The notes under the pieces are model-generated. The model saw nothing but the letters and a program-made list of their open reading frames with translations. It made no database searches and was not told the origin of the DNA. A DNA stretch of 64,000 nt from Candidatus Latescibacterota bacterium (GTDB lineage: Bacteria; Latescibacterota; UBA2968; UBA8231). A program made the translations under genes and the position numbers. The DNA lies in the NCBI GenBank assembly GCA_965223905.1, contig CBDCXV010000011.1, positions 1,152,001 through 1,216,000 on the forward strand, written 5' to 3'. Below are positions 62,801 through 64,000 of the stretch, piece by piece (position 1 is the first letter of the stretch; each line of letters begins with the position of its first letter).

Positions 62801-63908
62801 CATCAAGTTCAATATCTCCATTTTCATCTCGTTCAAAATATCCAGCTCGGTATTCGTGGTTGACGTTGATGATGTGATACCACTCCGCCTTGCGGCCCTC
62901 GCTGCGCGCCTTGACGACCATGTTGCGGGTGCGATCCAGACTGCCGTTGGAACCGATAAGTTGATCGAGTTGTGTCTGAACTCTGCCTTCCGAAGTCGTG
63001 CCACAGTTGTAGATGTACTGCTCGTTCATGAGGATGTTAGCCGGTCCCGGATCCGTGTTCGGACGAAAGAATTTTTGGCGGAATTCATCCTGTTCGTCGT
63101 CCGACCAGGTTTCGTCCTCGTCGACGTCGACACTGCCGACCGCGACGATGGCGCGCGTGGTGTCTCGTTCGCGGATCGCTTCGATTACCTTGCCCAGGTT
63201 GGTGTAGGTAGCCGAGTCGTAGATGCCGCCCCGAAAGCCACCCTCGCTATACCAATTCGGATAACTCTCGTGCCCGACTAAGTAGCCGAAGAAGCCGGCA
63301 CTATTCGTAGCGTTTCCCCACTTGTCGGACAAGGCCCTAACCTGCTGTTCCAGTCTATGCTCGACACTGCCGTTCATCATATCTGGTACGCCGGCAAAAT
63401 CGATCAGGCGGTCTCCGACGGGATGCTTGCTGTAGTAAGGGCCACCCCCGGGGGAGGTGAGATCGCCGTCGCCGGCGGCCTGCTCCACGACAAGGCCGCC
63501 GTAAGCCTTGAAGGTGTCTATTATAGCCTGCTCCAGAAGCTGCATGCGGGTGTAGGCATTGTTTTCTCTCTCGTCTTCGGTGTTTCCCGGTAGAGCCTCG
63601 ATATCAGAAAAATCATGGTGCCCATGAACATCCGCACGCCCTATCCGGGGCGTTTGGATCAGCAGGTTGACGCCGAGCTCCGCCAAGGAATCAGCATCGC
63701 TTTGCCTGAAGAACCGGTCGTAGGAATCCAAATCGGCCCCCGACCACCCGGCCGGCGACCACACGCCAATAACGAAACGCTCGATCGGGGCCTGGGCGCG
63801 CAGGCTCAGCGGCCACAGGGCCACCGACAGCAGCAGAATCAACCCAAGGCGCCACACGGCGCCGCCTTTGTTTGTCATATACCGTCGTCGCATGGTTCTC
63901 ACCTTCAC
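56811..63908 (-). pseudogene. 5' part of a giant secreted surface protein gene (GH-like N-domain, Fn3, Calx-beta-like, cadherin-like repeats)
   Basis: Signal peptide; QAYMALARGATGIVYY; LTNGxxYxF Fn3 repeats; SYxAxEG Calx-beta-like; PDYE cadherin-like; +1 frameshift near 57246; ends at the TSD (DESVALG). Confidence 0.85.
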
Positions 63909-64000
63909 CTAAGCGTTAAGGGGGGTTGGGAAAAAGCCCGTTCCGGCCACCGGTCCGGGTTTAGGTTTGTTGGACAAGCGCGTCGCGCGCGACAAAGGGT

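Noticed and set aside
25863-63960. CCGGTCCGGGT at ~25863 and ~63950 as att sites of a larger 38-kb island
   Set aside because: Only 11 bp of GC-rich sequence, and no integrase or tRNA is in view; may be chance.

Overview
The window has a GC-rich core: mmsA, folD, serS, a HAD hydrolase, three PhyH-type dioxygenases, an MFS transporter, an amidase, a TIM-barrel isomerase and a complete Mrp Na+/H+ antiporter operon. This core is punctured by nested mobile DNA whose junctions can be read to the base. (1) A 5,970-bp IS701-type composite transposon (5918-11887, TSD TTACAA) splits a DUF4160/DUF2442 toxin-antitoxin pair. (2) A 25,871-bp element (30940-56810) with long terminal inverted repeats and an 8-bp TSD (AACGCCAC) splits a ~3,500-aa surface protein gene whose halves (63908-56811 and 30939-27511) rejoin in frame. 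The only candidate mobilisers in this element are IS1595-family transposases. It carries defence-like and phage-like cargo: a SIR2 protein with a DnaX-C-like tail, HEPN, RadC/JAB, SWIB-DnaJ, DUF3102 and a PD-(D/E)XK relic. It also carries duplicated XRE/promoter modules and six copies of an 18-bp palindrome (TGTCGGTG-NN-CACCGACA) at xre, transposase and cargo promoters, so it looks like a self-regulated giant IS1595 transposon. (3) An ISKra4-type IS (36057-37631, TSD AGAGGAAC) sits inside that element. FlgD-Ig and WGxxK C-terminal tails and the PhyH expansion suggest a Latescibacterota/Poribacteria-like organism (inference). All family calls are from motif recognition by eye, not database searches.
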